From the NCBI RefSeq assembly GCF_009914755.1, contig NC_060929.1: DNA of 64,000 nt; one strand, given 5' to 3'. Shown here piece by piece: positions 1-18,177 of the stretch. The stretch comes from the human T2T-CHM13v2.0 reference genome, Homo sapiens. Numbering within the stretch: the first letter of the stretch is position 1; each line of letters starts with the position of its first letter. The position numbers and the translations under genes were made by a program. The notes beneath the pieces were generated by a model. That model worked only from the letters and a program-made list of their open reading frames with translations. It ran no database searches and was not told where the DNA came from.

Positions 1-1198
<1,198 letters not shown>

Positions 1199-1877
1199 AA
1201 TCAATACCCACTCTTCCCCACGAACAAGAGAAAGTAAAAACAACTAACAGTGGATTTCTGTATCACGATGACTCATTTTCAATAGAACACTACCATAGGT
1301 CAAATGGATGAATGCATAAATAATGAATGGATTAATATCTTTTACATAATCATGTGCCACATAACAACGTTTACATCAATAAGAGACAGCATGTAAAACA
1401 ATGGCTCATTAAGATTATAATAGGGTTGAAAAATTGCTATCACCATTATAGATTGATCACTCTATGAAGTTTGCACAGTAAGATAATCACCTAGCCACAC
1501 ACTTCTCAGAACATATCCTCATTGCTAAGTGACACAAGGCTGTATTTCATTTAATGATTGCGTAAATAGTTGTTGAGAAAAATCTGCACTCTAAGTACCA
1601 GGATAAAAGAGATTAATAATAAATTAATGATTAAATGCACCATGATCAATCTTATCATTGAGGTCTATATGCTACATTTGGATTACATCGTAAAGGCAGA
1701 GGTTAATCATCGCAACTTACACAACAGGATACAGAGTGGATCAGCAGATAATTACATAATAGAATACAGTTTGAAACCTGCAAGATGCATTAGAATTAAT
1801 TAGAATCAAACCATATGTGTGACTTTGGTTTAAATGTGCAAAACCTATTAATATAGATATAGCCAGGACATTTCTAT

Positions 1878-2316
<439 letters not shown>

Positions 2317-3834
2317 TGTCTTTATAAATCTTATAGAAATATTTAACTTTTAAAATCAACCACACACAATTAAGACTTTGATAAAAGTAATTAAGAAGTA
2401 AAGCAATGGAAAAAGCAATTTTTAAAAACATATATGAATGATTGAAAGCCAGGAGTAAAATTAAGAATTGTATTAAAATATCACTATTAAAATTAGCTAC
2501 ATAAATATTTAATTAATGCAGCTAAATTGTTAACAAAATTTACAGAAGAAAAGTATGTTAACATTACTGAATCATCTTAAAATCTTATTAAAATTTAAAG
2601 TTCTTCTCAACTGAAATTATATCACAGAAAAAAATAATGTCACCTTAAAAAGTTTAGGATTAGAAATACATAATTATTTTTAAATATAGTCTTTATATAT
2701 TAATTATATTTCATTAATGTCTTATTTCTTGAATAAACTTTTTTCATGATACTATTTAAGTGCCACATTCTACAATAATATGGAAAACAATTCTACAAAA
2801 TGTGGCATACAGTAATTGATAGGTAGTATAGCACACCTTTTATCTCTTTATAGCAAAAACATAATGTGTAAATTAATATAACACTAAGTCCCATATTGTC
2901 ATTTTTTGTCAAAGAGCTATCTCCTTGAAAACCATCATCCTCAGATGCATCTCTAACTTCAAAAAGACCTTAGAAACTGTAACAATTGTAAATGCGTTAT
3001 AACTTAAAGAGATATTATCTTCACATTAGAGGCTAACAGGCTTATACCTACTGATAGCTGACAAGTATTATAGGAATCCTGGCAGGCAAATTGTTGCATA
3101 AAAATTATGTAATTTACTAACTGTAAAATAACCTTTAGAGTTTAGAATCAGTCAGATAAGTAGAACAGACAATTGTTATCAAAGCCATATAAATGGCTAT
3201 TAAAATTATTTTTTGCTACCCTCATTTTATCTCTGAAGAGACATCTTGTTAAAAAATGAATAACAGACACATATAAATACCTAATTACAAGCAGAGTTAA
3301 GATTAAAATTCAGCCTCATTAGGGGTGGGATAGAAATCAGTACACTAAAGAATATTTTGGTGCAGGTAGTTTGTTTCAAATGATTCAACCTTCAACATTA
3401 CTTCACTTAAATTTTAGCAAACTTTCTGCTATAATTTAAGCATACAGACCTATGACACTAGACATATGTCCTGTGTAAGCCTGGGCTAGGGGAGCTCTAT
3501 TTAATACTTACATAAACCCCAAAGATGTCCTAAGAAATAAAATTTGGAAAAACTTTGATGTGCTACAGCACGGATTTTCTCCTACAGCAACAGAGCAGAC
3601 ACTTGAATGTAGTTATACTCCTGCTTTCCACCTCCCTGTCAAAACAATAAAAAAGGCCACAGGCCTGTGGTTCTGGCCTCCAGGGAACTGGTGGCTTCTT
3701 TAACCCACACTGCTGCTGCTGAATCCCATTTAGGTTTAGGGTTTATTTTGTATATGCCTTTGTACAGGCTAAATGCTGGTCTAGTTGAAAATCAACCTAA
3801 AACAACCTTAATAGCATCTCATTTTATTGTGACT

Positions 3835-4144
<310 letters not shown>

Positions 4145-5449
4145 TGACTTTAAACTTGAACATGCTTTTGTGCTGTGGCCGAGTTTAGGATCCCAACCAG
4201 CCTGTGATTACTGTGGTCACCACACAGATTCCCTCTTGTTCCATCTTTTATATTCCATCTTCTCACTCTCATAACTGTGTGGATAGGAAAACAATTATCC
4301 ATACAGGTATGATATTGGCAGAGAAAATCACAAAATGTTTTAATGAGCAAACACTTTGGGGATGGTAATAATCTTTCTACCACCTTCATTGTCTTGTTTA
4401 AGTATCTCTACATTCTTCTTTAAAAATTAGGAATATATCTTTCTTGCTCTTTCGTTGTTGTTGAACACCAGAAGGGGATATTCCTTAATTCTCTCTCCAT
4501 AGCTAAGGACAGTACAGCACAATATTCCATTCAGCAGGTGAAGTCAGTATGAATGAATGCATTTCAATCAGCAAATTGCTGGTTGTGTTGCAACTCCTAG
4601 TTATGATGTTTTGTGTACTTTGAAGGGCTCCCATTAATTAAGGTATTTCTTATAAGCATTCAGAAAGTTTCTTTTCTTGGCATGCGACTTGAAAATTTGT
4701 CCTGATATTTTCCCTGTGACAATGTTTTGTGAATTGTAACTCAGCCACTTAAGTGGCTCCTCATAATAAAGCCACATGGTATCCATGTACACATATTTAA
4801 CAAATCAAAGAAGTGGTTCTCAACCTAATCTCTAGAGGAGGTCCTTCTTGTTCACTTTCAATAACTATGTTGAAGAATAGATTCTAAAAAGCTATCACCA
4901 AATTTTCGAATATGTTTTGAAATTTGTGTCCACAAAATCTATAAATCAATAAATGTATAGAATAGAGCATAATAATCCAATTAACAAATTTAAGATGTCA
5001 TCTAAGCAGGAATGAATGCAATAAATAGGCCTTCTTACTTCAAAATCAACTGCAGAGGTAATGCATTGCCACTAGACTTGTGTGCTGTGTTGGTAATAAA
5101 TTAACAAAAACTTTGGGGATAAGAAAAATCTGCAAATAAAATGGTGTGTCATTTGTGAAATATAATCACAAAAATGTTCAGATTGTTATAATTAACAGAA
5201 AAACTATTGTTTTTATTATATCCAGTGTTTAACAGACACTATTCATGTATACATACAACATTCTTATAATAACTCTTGTGTCCATGTAAATAGCAGTCTT
5301 GCCAAAAAGAATTGATTATCATGTAGTAGTTTGTAAGTATTTTCATGCATAGGCTGCAACCCTTTAGAGTGCTATTCTAATAAATTATTAATATTAACTT
5401 GATGAACACAATTCTAAGACATTTCATTTGAGGATATGTTTATTAACTA

Positions 5450-5495
5450 TTAGGTTGGTACAAAAGGCATTGCGTTTTTTGCCATTACTTTCAAT
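5450..5495. mobile_element. MADE1 (Hsmar1 mariner MITE) half copy
   Basis: TTAGGTTGGTACAAAAGGCATTGCGTTTTTTGCCATTACTTTCAAT matches the MADE1 TIR and spacer; the second arm is missing. Confidence 0.8.
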
Positions 5496-5679
5496 AAAAA
5501 ATAGAACCAGCATTTAGAAATCTATTTTCAGAAACTTAATAAAATGAGAATTTGTCCTCTTTTACATATAGGAAGCCTGCATAATAAGCATTCTGTTGCT
5601 AGTACATAAGCTTCCCATTTTCATCAGGAAACTATACACTTACATTTCACTTTTACTAACTTCAATGCATGACTTCTAC

Positions 5680-5900
5680 CTTCAAGGTGATTTCATGCTT
5701 CTAGCCACCATGTCTGTACTCCAGGACAGCAGCACAAAGTGTAGAAAAATAAAAAAGACATACCTCCCTAATGAGTCAACTGCACTTAAGGAGCCATCCC
5801 AGAAGTTTCACACGGCTTATTTGAATACAGCTATATCCAGATGCAAGGAATGCTGGGAAATGTGGTATTGTGCGCAGCTAAAGTTGGGATTATGTTAGTG
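5680..5900 (-). mobile_element. Old MaLR LTR fragment (MLT1J/K-like)
   Basis: GATGCAAGGAATGCTGGGAAATGTGG and CCATCCCAGAAG resemble motifs of old MLT1 LTRs; highly diverged. Confidence 0.45.
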
Positions 5901-8016
5901 AAAATGAGACCACGAACATTGGAAGGTTAAAAGCAATCTCTCATGACATATACAATTACAGAAATTAAATTAAATCTTTAAGCAATGTGATAAACCTATG
6001 GAATGTTAACAGGCAAAAATAGCAACATTAAAAATTACAGTGAGGGAATAAGGTATGATTCGTTTGTAGATGGTTTGTGTGTCATTAATCTAGGCAAAAA
6101 GTCATAAACTCCTCTAACAGTGACCACATGTATAAAAGAAATAATAATACACACTATGGCTAACAACATTCCATTTTGGCCTATTTACTGTTGTTAAGTC
6201 TCTATGGTTAGCATCAGAAATGTACAGTTTTGATAGCCTATGACCTCAACATGTTCAGTTTGATAGTAGAAAGGACAACATAAAGACAAACCAATCAACA
6301 AATAAGAATAAAAACTGTTAAAAAAAGGACAATATTATCATAAGAACATAAGGATGTGATAATGTATTTGACATATCGTTTATTTATTGTTTTATAGTTG
6401 GATAATACATATAAATTTACTGCTCCTTCAATGTTAGAATCAATAGAATCATAGCAGAAGTAATTAAGCAGATAAAGATCAAAACGTCACCTTTATTACT
6501 TACTGTTTGAAAAATAGTCTAAGGCTGGTTTTACAGGGTTGCTCCTATCCATCACCTGATGTGAAGTTTCTTAGGAAGCTTCAGGACTACACCAAAGAAG
6601 CAGAACCTGCTCTTTCACTCTGTTGCATTGTGTGGAGTGCAGGCCATCATGACTGCTCTCTACAAGAAAAAGAAAGGAAATAATTAAGAAACGCACAAAA
6701 GTTTGTGAATTGAGAATCCCAAAATAGGTATGAAATTGGTTAGCTTTCTAAATTCACCAATCTCATAACTAACACCTGTCCCCATGCAGTGAATGAGTAA
6801 AGGATGGACAGACTCCATAATGATTATTCTAGGGAAAGCCTTCTGAGTAGAAAGAGGAGAGTTTTGCAAACAGTTTTGTAGAGTTTACTCTTGTTTATGC
6901 ACTGATAATAAATAAGAGTTCCTAAAATTCTCTCTAGAACTCTAGGTAAATGAGATATTTCACTGCTCATGCTGTGTGACCTTCATGTCCCATCTGCCTA
7001 GACTGTAAATATGCTTTCTGAAGTTTAAAAGAATTAGTATACTATGCTTACATTAAGCAAAAAAGTACCCTTATTATGCAGGATCAAGTAACACTCTAAA
7101 GATTCATGTTTATGAAAAAACACTGATGATTCTATTTTATTATGTGTCTTCTAAAGAGAAAAATACTTGTGCTCTGCAGCATAATTTTACAATGTGCTAT
7201 TCTAAATACTTTCATTTAAACAAGACCATTATGAAAATGTTTTGCACACAGAAATATATTTTGAATACTTTTTTAAAAAGATCACAAAGTATATGGTCTC
7301 TGTACGTGTTCAATTATTTTAATGCTTTCACTATAACAGGAATTCTTAAAGAGGATATGTACTTGCATAATGCTGATAATTCTTTCTCATTTCTGTTTGT
7401 GCTTTGGCTGTTGTTACAACCACTGAAAGTAGTAATTACATGAGTGTATTATCCATGATTATCTTTAGATATATGTGCATTTTCTTTAATTAAACTATAA
7501 ACTCTAAATGAAAAATAAAAAAGAAGTCACCTCTTGTCTCTTTGTACAATATTAAAATTTTTTTCTTGTATCCAGAGTTTCCCAAATGCCTGTTGCAAAA
7601 TTTTACTTAGGGAGTAGAAAGTGGAGAATCAATATGGTAAAAAAAACTGTGTTACAGGGAAGGAGACACAGGGTAAGCATTTTCCTTATCTTCTCTCCTG
7701 TATCTACGTGCTGCACAAGCATAAATGATAGCAGTCACATGAACGAGTACTTTTCAAGAACGTAGAATATGGTGATGGAAAAAAAAAACCGCTTTGAAAC
7801 ATCGAATAATATAAAAGCCAGAACTACTACAACTATTTTTTACATCCATAGAAGGTAAACTATTTTTAGATATAAAATTCCTTCTGACGGTAGTCCTGAT
7901 CATTTAACCAATATTTTGATAAATCAAAGAAGGGAAAAATGGACATTCAGTCCAAAGATGGGCATGTATTCCCATGCCCAGTCAGGCAAAACTTGTGGAT
8001 GTTCTTTAAAATAACA

Positions 8017-8185
8017 ATTCATTCAACAAATAATTTTTAAATGGCTACTGAATACCTGGAAAGGTTCTAGACACAGGGGCTATAGTAAGAAACAAGAAGG
8101 AACTAATTGACAAGAATGTGCTCACCGACAATGAAACATCTCCTCATGGAGCTTGAGTTCTGTTTGAAAAGACAGAGAACAAAAA
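8017..8185 (-). mobile_element. L2 3' end fragment
   Basis: ATTCATTCAACAAATAATT...TTCTAGACACAGGGG...CCTCATGGAGCTTGAGTTCT, the typical antisense L2 tail. Confidence 0.7.
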
Positions 8186-8701
8186 AATATTATTGCACAG
8201 AGTGTTAGTTATGTGTGAATTAAAAGACTGGTCAGTACTTGAAGGAGAAGGAGTGACAACAAATCTCACTTCCAGTTCTATTTACCTGAACAGATTAATT
8301 CTATTTTGTTTCAATGCAACAGTAGTCCTACGGTTAACAAGATGCACTACACAAAGCAAACAACTTATAAAACGCATTTTTTCCTTATATTGCAAATCAA
8401 TTTTAAGTGGATCTACAAATATACAATAAATAATATAAATTACGGATCGTTTGTTTCTAAGGTAATAAGTACATTTGTTAATTTCACATAAATAATTTCA
8501 GAAGGAGAGCAAATGTAAAAATGTGTTTTAGACAGTGGAGATGCCATTTTATTGTAAGACTATTTATACTCAAAGGACAAAGTAATCAGCTTTCTATGTC
8601 AATGATCGTCCTTCTCTATTTCACCCAGTTCCAGACAAACCCAAGTCTTCCAAGTCTCTTCATATATCTGATCCAATAAAATCTATAATGAGTTCAGTTA
8701 G

Positions 8702-8758
8702 CATACACACACACACACACACACACCACACACACACAAGCACACAAACACACACACG
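8702..8758. repeat. (CA)n microsatellite, interrupted
   Basis: Directly visible. Confidence 0.95.
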
Positions 8759-11220
8759 ACTGCATTGAAATACTTGCTCTAGGGAAGGAACATAGTGTAT
8801 ATGCAACTTGTGTACTTTCTAAGTATGGGAAGACTAATCCTTTAACAACTGCATTTACTTTCTTTCACTTCTATCGTTGCTATCTACTCCTCAGAAATCT
8901 ACTTAAACAACCAATAAATATATATGATGTTGTTATGAGAGTTTTGGAAATAATTCCTAAAAATTTGCATGGTTGCCTCTTTATATTTGGCAGCTTCTAT
9001 CACCCATGGGAACAACCCCTACAGAATGATCAGAATATAAAGCATGTGAGCCCTGGGTTTCTCAGGCACTGGAAGGACCTGTCAGAATCCTCTCAGGTGG
9101 GTCAAAATGGCCAGGCTTTATAACCTCATCTCCATTCGTGTTTGCATGTCCAGTGCTCCAGGATGCCCTAACATTGAGCCAGACAATGGTTACAGCTGAG
9201 GCAAACTTTGAAGGAGCTGAGAGCTGAAGGCTGCTTTGTAATATTGCTCCTAGCAGCCAAGGGGGAAAGAAATCTTTTCTTGAAGAGCGATCTGTGTCCA
9301 TAGCAAAATGTTTTTTTCTTAGCTCTTGTAAAATCGAAATTGTTTGCTTTTGAATTTTTTTAAATGATTCCTTTAAGATTCTTAATACCAAGATATCACA
9401 AGGTCAAGGAATTTTATAAAGAAGTATTTCTATTTATGTAATTTCCTAAATTTATCTATACACAAATCAGCACTAAAACATGCCTTTGATACTAACAACT
9501 TGATCGGTTTGTGAACCAAATCTGTCATGCAAATACATACGGCTGTTTTTAGATAAATTCTAAAGGTATTACCAAATCATTTAATTTTATTGTGTATCTC
9601 AATATTCTGGTTGATGTATAAGTTTAAATAGAACAAACTATTTGACATTGAAATGTTCTTTATCAAAGGAGAAGGAATACAATTTTAAAGCCACAACGAG
9701 TGACACATAGTTCTGAATGATTTATTGGCTGTCTGCCATTCTGAAATGGCTGCCAGTCAATGTTACATGTGACATCTTTCAGATAGTGTGAACTCTTTTA
9801 TGCAAGCACCTTTCACTATAAAATTACAGCTGGAGATCATGAAGAGAAAAGTGTGGTGTTTATCTTAATGGGCTGAAAGACCTATTTCAACAGTTACAGT
9901 AATTCAGAAAAATAGTCTGAAGTCTAGTATTTCAATAATGTTATTTTCATAGATTTTAATCTCTAAAGACAATGCTTCACTTTTGTAGAAAATGACTTTT
10001 CTAATCATCCTGGATTTCAAAATTCTTTCCATTACTTAATATTTAAATCACTGGCAGAACTTGGCATGAGGACTAGAGAGCTGTCACCAAGCAGCCAGTC
10101 ATTTTTCTTGGCTTCCCATATGCCATGCCCAGCAATAGAGCATTTCTTAGTAGCTGAGGAATAGCAGCAGTGCTAAACACAGAGATGACATTAACAGGAA
10201 TGAGAGGGTCCAAGCTGTTTTCCTAGACTAATTCTCATTCAGCCTGAATTCAAAGCATTTTCCTATCATTATCATAGATATTTCGCTTGTGGTATCATCT
10301 ATCTTTTGGCAATGTTGATTTTTTTCTGATTATCCAAATAAGTAATGTTAATGGAAAAAATCAGATATTAGGGGAAAAAAAACTCTAGAAATAAATGTTA
10401 ACCCAAGACAATAACAATTCAATTAATTTATATGATACCTTAGGGATTGTGTCAATTATTTTTTAAATGAAATTCAAAAAATTCAACACCTGTGTTTTCT
10501 CCTACGATTACAAATTCAACTAGGGCACAATTGTAAATGGTTGTATTTGGTTGAATTTTTAGATTGTTTATAAGTTTTACTCTTGCAGACAATAATAATG
10601 GAGTTTCTTTGAAAATAAATTTAGTTGTTCTATAACCAAGGCATAAATATTCAATTCAATAAAATTAGCAAAAATATTAAATGAAAAGTATATTATATAT
10701 AAAATGCATAAATAAAATATCCTGCACTGATCATTTTATGTCTATGGTTACCCTATTGATTCTGTGCACATTTGCATATGGGTATATATGCAATTTTATA
10801 CAATGAAGTATTAATAGTGTACATAAATTTAGTAATTATTTTACCCCTTAAAAGTATATGCAATGAGTGTCACTTATATATAAATTCTGTTAACGTGGAA
10901 GAAGAATGTTAGTCAAAAAAACTACGAATTTAACAATTTTCTGGTTAATTCAAAGGGCTTTCCAAAAATGTCTTTTAAAATTCAATTTCATTTATTTTCT
11001 CATAGCAGAATATGAGAATGAATCTTTTTTGCTGCAAATTGGCTAGCAATAAATTTTTATTTTTATTATTTTAATTCTGTGAATTTCGGGAATGGAGTCT
11101 CATTCAGTATAAATATTATAATACTAATGAGATTGACTCCCTCCTTCTTATTAACAGTGTGCATTTTTACCCTCCGTGATTCAGTGCATGGTGTAGTGCT
11201 ATAATTAAAAATGAACATTT

Positions 11221-12520
<1,300 letters not shown>

Positions 12521-14034
12521 TGAACATTTCAAAGATGTGCTTCCAAATGCCAAATCATCACTAAAAAGCTCTGTGGCATAGAGGAAATTTCACAACCTTT
12601 TAGTGCCTCAATTTTGTGGAAGAATGGTTAGGAGGCTATTGCAATAACAAAAGAAAATTTGAATAGCTGTATCCAACATGAAAAGATTGCTAGTAGAATT
12701 AAATGAGTTACTATAGGTAAAACAATCAGGGAAGTAATTAAAGAGAATCTGCACTAACATTGTTTTATTAATTTAAAATATCTGTACACAATCCTTTGAC
12801 TCATTTGGAATTAGTTTTAGTGTATTTTAGAAAATAAGCTTTATTTTTTATTTTCTCCCAAAACAATTCTTCAAGACAACTTTTCGAACAGTAAATTCCT
12901 TCTTTGTTTATAATATGTATTTTAATAAAGTCACTTATCTTCATGATTTCTAGGACATCGGTTCTATCTAATCTACTGTTCAGCATTCGTCTGAGTATTT
13001 TCTGAGCAGCAATTAACCCCTCTGTACCTCTGAGTGCCCACATTTCCTTGATCCATTTCACCTTGCTGATCAATCCTTCTTTACTCATAGTCTAAATTTT
13101 TTTTTTAGAACTTCTGAGAGTGCCCCAAACCTTGGTCTTGGGTCTTCCTTCAATCTTATTTGTCTTTCCACCTGATCTTAATTATTTACATCACATTATA
13201 CCCTATCTTTATGGTGACAAATCTCAAAATTATCTCTCTGACCTAAACTTATCATTAAAGATTTGGTTGCAACTTATTAAGAAGTCAGGTTCAATGTAAT
13301 ACATGCATTGTTGATTTAATAAGCTCATCAAAATACTTAAAATTTTATTTGAATGCAAAAAAATAAAGCTTTTAATTTTATCTCCTATTTAATAATTTTG
13401 ACAAAAACATTATACCAATCATTACTAATTATTGCTGGCTTTTAAAATATTATCTGATTAAATATTTTTGACTTGGAAAAATGGTAACAAATGCTTCTCT
13501 CTTTCTTGTCCCCTTGAACCATACTTGATATTGCTTTTTCCAAATCCGGGCCACAAGTTCAGAATATAACCTGTTAAAATATCTTCTGTGTATAAACTAT
13601 CTTTAAATTTTCTTGAGAGAATACTGAGTAACCAAAAGCATTGCTCCTTCACCCTACAAAAGAGAGAAAAATTAAAAAATCACATTAATTTGTAATTTTA
13701 AATGGTAATTAAAGCTATTGTGAGGGCTCTTTTATCGGCCAAACTTGTGAACAAAAAACAGCTCAAATTTATGTGTAAATAAAATATATTGAGATGAAGC
13801 CTTTCATTCAATGTGTGATTTTCAGTTCAAAAAAACACACTGATGTTCAAGAACAAAGACTGGTACAATAACTATCTACAAAATGCTTTTGTTACTAGAT
13901 TTTAATTCCTTCATCAAACAGACACAGTCAAAGTTGATAGTGTCACTAGATCTAGAGGTCTATCAATATCCTTCCCACCATTTAATATGTTCTTAATCTC
14001 AGGGAAATTCTAAATCATATTCTTCTAAACTGTA

Positions 14035-15074
14035 CAGTTGACTCCTGAAAAACACAAGGTTTAGGGCCATCAAACCTCCCTAACCCCTCCCCACCACCCC
14101 AGCACAGTCAAAAATTCACATATAACTTTGGACTCCCCAAAACTAAACTAACAGCCTACTGTTGACTGGACAATCCTTAACACATATTTCATACGCTGTA
14201 TGTATTTTACACCGTAGTTTTACAATGAAGCTAGTTACAGAAAAGAAAGTGTTATTAAGAAAATTATAGGGAAGAAAAAATACATTTACAGTACTACAGT
14301 ATATTTATTTCTCTCATAAGTTTACAATCCTGTGTTTACAAGATGGATCCTTCTTCTGAAATGGCAGCACACACAGCTGCAGACCTCAATCTAGGGTACC
14401 TATCAAGCAATTCATTGTTTTCCTGTAATGTCAGGACCCTTCTCTGTTTCCTGGAAGAACTTTCAGCATCACTAGCAGCACTTTTTATAGGTCTGAAGGT
14501 GTTATTCAAGGTTTATGGTATTGCACTAGACATCATGAATAATACAGGAGAAACATGAGAGAACACTTTTTACTGTGTTAATTTACTGGAGAGACAAGCT
14601 ACTCACAAGAAGATGATTAGCATTATGTGGCATTTTAAGTGAATACTCACAACACTTGAGTTCACTGCAAGAACAACAGGTGGAGGCTAGGAAATTATCC
14701 CAGTAGTACAGTATGTACTACAGTTAATTTTGTGCAGTTATGATTTACTTTTGTATATTTTTGTTTTACTTTTCTCTAAACTTCAATTGGCTGCATGTAT
14801 GCTCTGTGTTTGCCTACGTCTTGATAAATTTTAACTTTTTATAATAGACGCATATATATTTCATTGTATTAAATGATCACTAGTATCTACATATGATTTA
14901 TGCATTCATGACATCGTTTTCTTAGTTTTTTAATATTTCTTGTGTAGATGGGTCACCTGTTATCTTTTTCAATTTTTCATAAATCTCCAAAAATTTTCTA
15001 ATATATTTATAGGAAAAAATCTACATATGAGCAGACCTGCACAGTTCAAACCTGTGTTGTTGAGGAGTCAACTA
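14035..15074. mobile_element. Tigger2-family DNA transposon deletion derivative (Tigger2b-like, ~1.04 kb)
   Basis: TIRs CAGTTGACTCCTGAAAAACAC... and ...GTGTTGTTGAGGAGTCAACTA, TA on both flanks, internal GACTCCCCAAAAC/AGCCTACTGTTGAC. Confidence 0.88.
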
Positions 15075-16885
15075 TATATTATAATTTAAGAGAGGATTCA
15101 ACTCTTTCATTCTACTGGCAATGGGTTAACATAAACTTTAGTCAGAACTGCTGAGCTTTTCTGGCACAATGAGGACAAATTGACCAATGTATTTAACCAA
15201 TAGCTGGGGGAAAATTTTGCTAAAATTGGTAAGTATATCTTTATATAACTATATCCTTACAACTTGTCTCAACCTTCGTCAGATTAATCCTAACAAAACT
15301 GTAAAATGTCTCAGTAAAAATCTAAATGAATTTTTCATAACAAGTGCTGGCAATAGATTTTAAATATGTTCTGATCATTATTTGTCTCTTGTTGGCATGG
15401 AGAAAATCCTTTTTTTTTTTTTTCAGCCTGGGGAATCCCAAACTATATCTCTAGTAACAAGGAAACCATTTTACCGGAATTTTTATTAACATGGAAAAGT
15501 TCTGTCAATTAATCAGACTTCACTGTCCATATCACTTTCAACCTTTTGGGAAGGTAGAAAGATGGAATTCTGAAACTAAAGTTGGTAAAGTTCACAGAGA
15601 TCGTCAAACTTGCATGGTCTAAGGTATTTCTTCTTTCTGTGGTTCATGAGTTAGTAACAGCTAAACCAAGTGTCTAGGAATATTAGCTCTGATTCTAGAA
15701 ATCTACACTTATTTAACTAAATGCTGTAAGGACTCAGGAAATCCATTCTTTCAACAAAAGTTACTGAAGACTTTCCCCATTAGTATCCTAAACAATGTCT
15801 GCAAAATTGGTTTTCATACCTGGATACCTTGTCTTCTAAGAGACACGGCAGGGAAAGATCATAGGAAAAAAGTCACTATCAGGCACAGCTAACAACTAGC
15901 AAACCCATAGTCTTTAAAAGACTGATCCTTTGATTCCTATCTCTCAAGTAAAGAGGTTTAGGTCATCTTCATATTACAGGAAAGTATCCCTACCAAAAAC
16001 TTCTAACTAACGACTCTTAGGATTCTTCCAAAAGCAAATAGTCTTTGGGAGAAGACAGCTTCCATCAAATGCCTTTGGATCAAGTGAATCACTATATGAG
16101 ATATCGGTATCTGCAAACCAAGATCCACAAAAAAAGATCCATTGTTTGTCATATTTAATCTGTATATCTTGAGTTTTCATTTTCCTAGTTAACTTTATCT
16201 TTTTATGCTTAAGGTTACATTTAATTACTTTACCTATAAAGCTACTATTCCTAATTCCTCTATGCCGTCCTTAGTCACTCTCTAGAAGAGTCCGGAAGCT
16301 GGCCGTAATTTGTTCACAATTTGGCTAAACATGCAGTTGAATCAGTGCTAAGCTGCACAGATTTTCCTTAGGATGCCAATTAGAGTTTTTTTTTTTTAAC
16401 ATCGATTCCTAAATATGAAACATCTGGGTTTATCAATAATTGGACTCACTATTTATTGTTATTTTATCTGACAAACAGCAGAGTATTAGATAAATAGAAA
16501 TCTTAAATCCTAACATGCTGCACCCAGGAAAGAAAGCTTATGCCTACAGCAGAACAGCACTTAGGGATCTTTAATAGAATGCAACTTCTGTCACTAAACC
16601 TTTAGAAAGAAATGTCTTAAAAAGAAGAGAACAAATGGCACATACTTAATTCATTTCTCACATTTACATATCATAAAAAATTCTTATTACATATTCAAGC
16701 TCCTATCACATCTACCTCTTCCTCTATGTGATAAGGTCTTCATTTTATATCCCCAAAAGTGATTAATAGCAGAATGGAGCTGAAAGCAATCAATAAACTC
16801 AATCAACCTTAATGACTGCTACTGGATTTGTGGTACCAGAACCTATTGATTATTACAGCAATCTTGACATAAACTAACATACTGA

Positions 16886-17838
16886 TGTGGTAGTCAGAAT
16901 AATGGCTCTTCAGAGATGATGGGGTCCTAATCCAGATAATTTATAAATTTGTTAGCTTACCTGGCAGGACAGACTTTGCAAATGCAATTAGAGTTAAGGA
17001 TTTTGAAATGGAGAGACTATCATAGATTTTTAGATGGCCAAATGCAATCATAAGATTCTTTACACGTAGAAGAGGGAGATATAAAAGGAGAATGTGAAGA
17101 CTTGCTCCTTCATTTGTAGCTTTGAAGGTCAAGGAAAGGAACTGTTATGAACTGAATATTTGTGTCTCCCTAAAATTAATCTATTGAAGATGATTGGCAT
17201 TGTTCAAATATTAATAGATTATTTTCAATGATCTATTAATTGGCAGTGTGATAGTATCTGGAGATGGAGCTTTTGGGAGGAACCTAGGTTGAGATAATGT
17301 CCTAAGTGTGGTGTTCTCATGATAATGTTAGTGTTCTTATAAGAAAAGGTGGAGATACTAGACCACCTCCCACCCAACCACCCTTCTCTTTCTCTCTCCG
17401 TAAACATGTATCCAGGAAAGGCCATGTGAACACAGAGAGAAGGAGGCCATCTACTAACCAGAGAGGGAGTGGGCCCTCACCACGAACCAAATATACCAGC
17501 ACCTTAATCTTGGACTTCCCAACTTTCAGAACTCTGAGAAATAAATGTCAGTTGTTTAAGTCACCCGGTCTATGGTATTTTCTTACAGTATTCCAAGCTG
17601 CCCAAGACAGGGAACATGCATCAAAGAATGCAGCTGGATTCTAAAGCCTGGGAAAGGCCAGGTCATGGATTATTCCACAGAGCCTATAGAAGGAATGCAG
17701 TCTTCCAATGCTTTGATTTTAAATCAGTAAGACCTGTGTTGAACTTCTAACCTGGAATACTGCTAGACAATAAATTTATGTTGTTTTAAACTACTAAGTG
17801 TATTGTGATTTTTATAACAGCCACAGGAAAATAATACA
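16886..17838 (+). mobile_element. MLT1D-like MaLR solo LTR interrupted by a second LTR
   Basis: TGTGGTAGTCAGAATAATGG start, GACTTTGCAAATGCAATTA; resumes at about 17611 and ends ...AGGAAAATAATACA. Confidence 0.8.
17143..17609 (+). mobile_element. MLT1A-like MaLR solo LTR nested in MLT1D
   Basis: TGTTATGAACTGAATATTTGTGTCTCCC ... CCAGCACCTTAATCTTGGACTTCCC ... CCAAGACA; GGAAC on both sides (approximate 5-bp TSD). Confidence 0.82.
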
Positions 17839-17964
17839 TTTGGCAAATCAGTGCATGTTTCATGATGGTCAATGATATGCCCCAGGGTCCATCTTAGCCA
17901 TGATTTCTATCCCTTCAAAAACCAAAACAAAATAAAAAAGTAAAACAAAAAGACCAATTTTACT

Positions 17965-18177
17965 ATACTACTTGATTTTTAACAATATTTTATATGTATT
18001 TAATCCAGTATATCCAAAATATTGTCATCTCAGCATAAAACAATATTAAAATTATTCAGTTTTACATTTTTTAAACTAAATCTAGTTTGTATTTTACATA
18101 TAGCATAAATCAATTCAAATCCACCATATTTCAAGTGTTCAATATCTACATGTCACTAGTAATGACTATAGTGGACA
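17965..18177. mobile_element. MER33/MER3-type hAT-Charlie fossil
   Basis: TTTAATCCAGTATATCCAAAATATT ... CCATATTTCAAGTGTTCAATATCTACATGT ... TGGACAG. Confidence 0.7.

Noticed and set aside
9062-9391. 109-aa minus-strand ORF in non-repeat-looking sequence
   Set aside because: No recognisable domain or convincing exon structure; length is compatible with chance.
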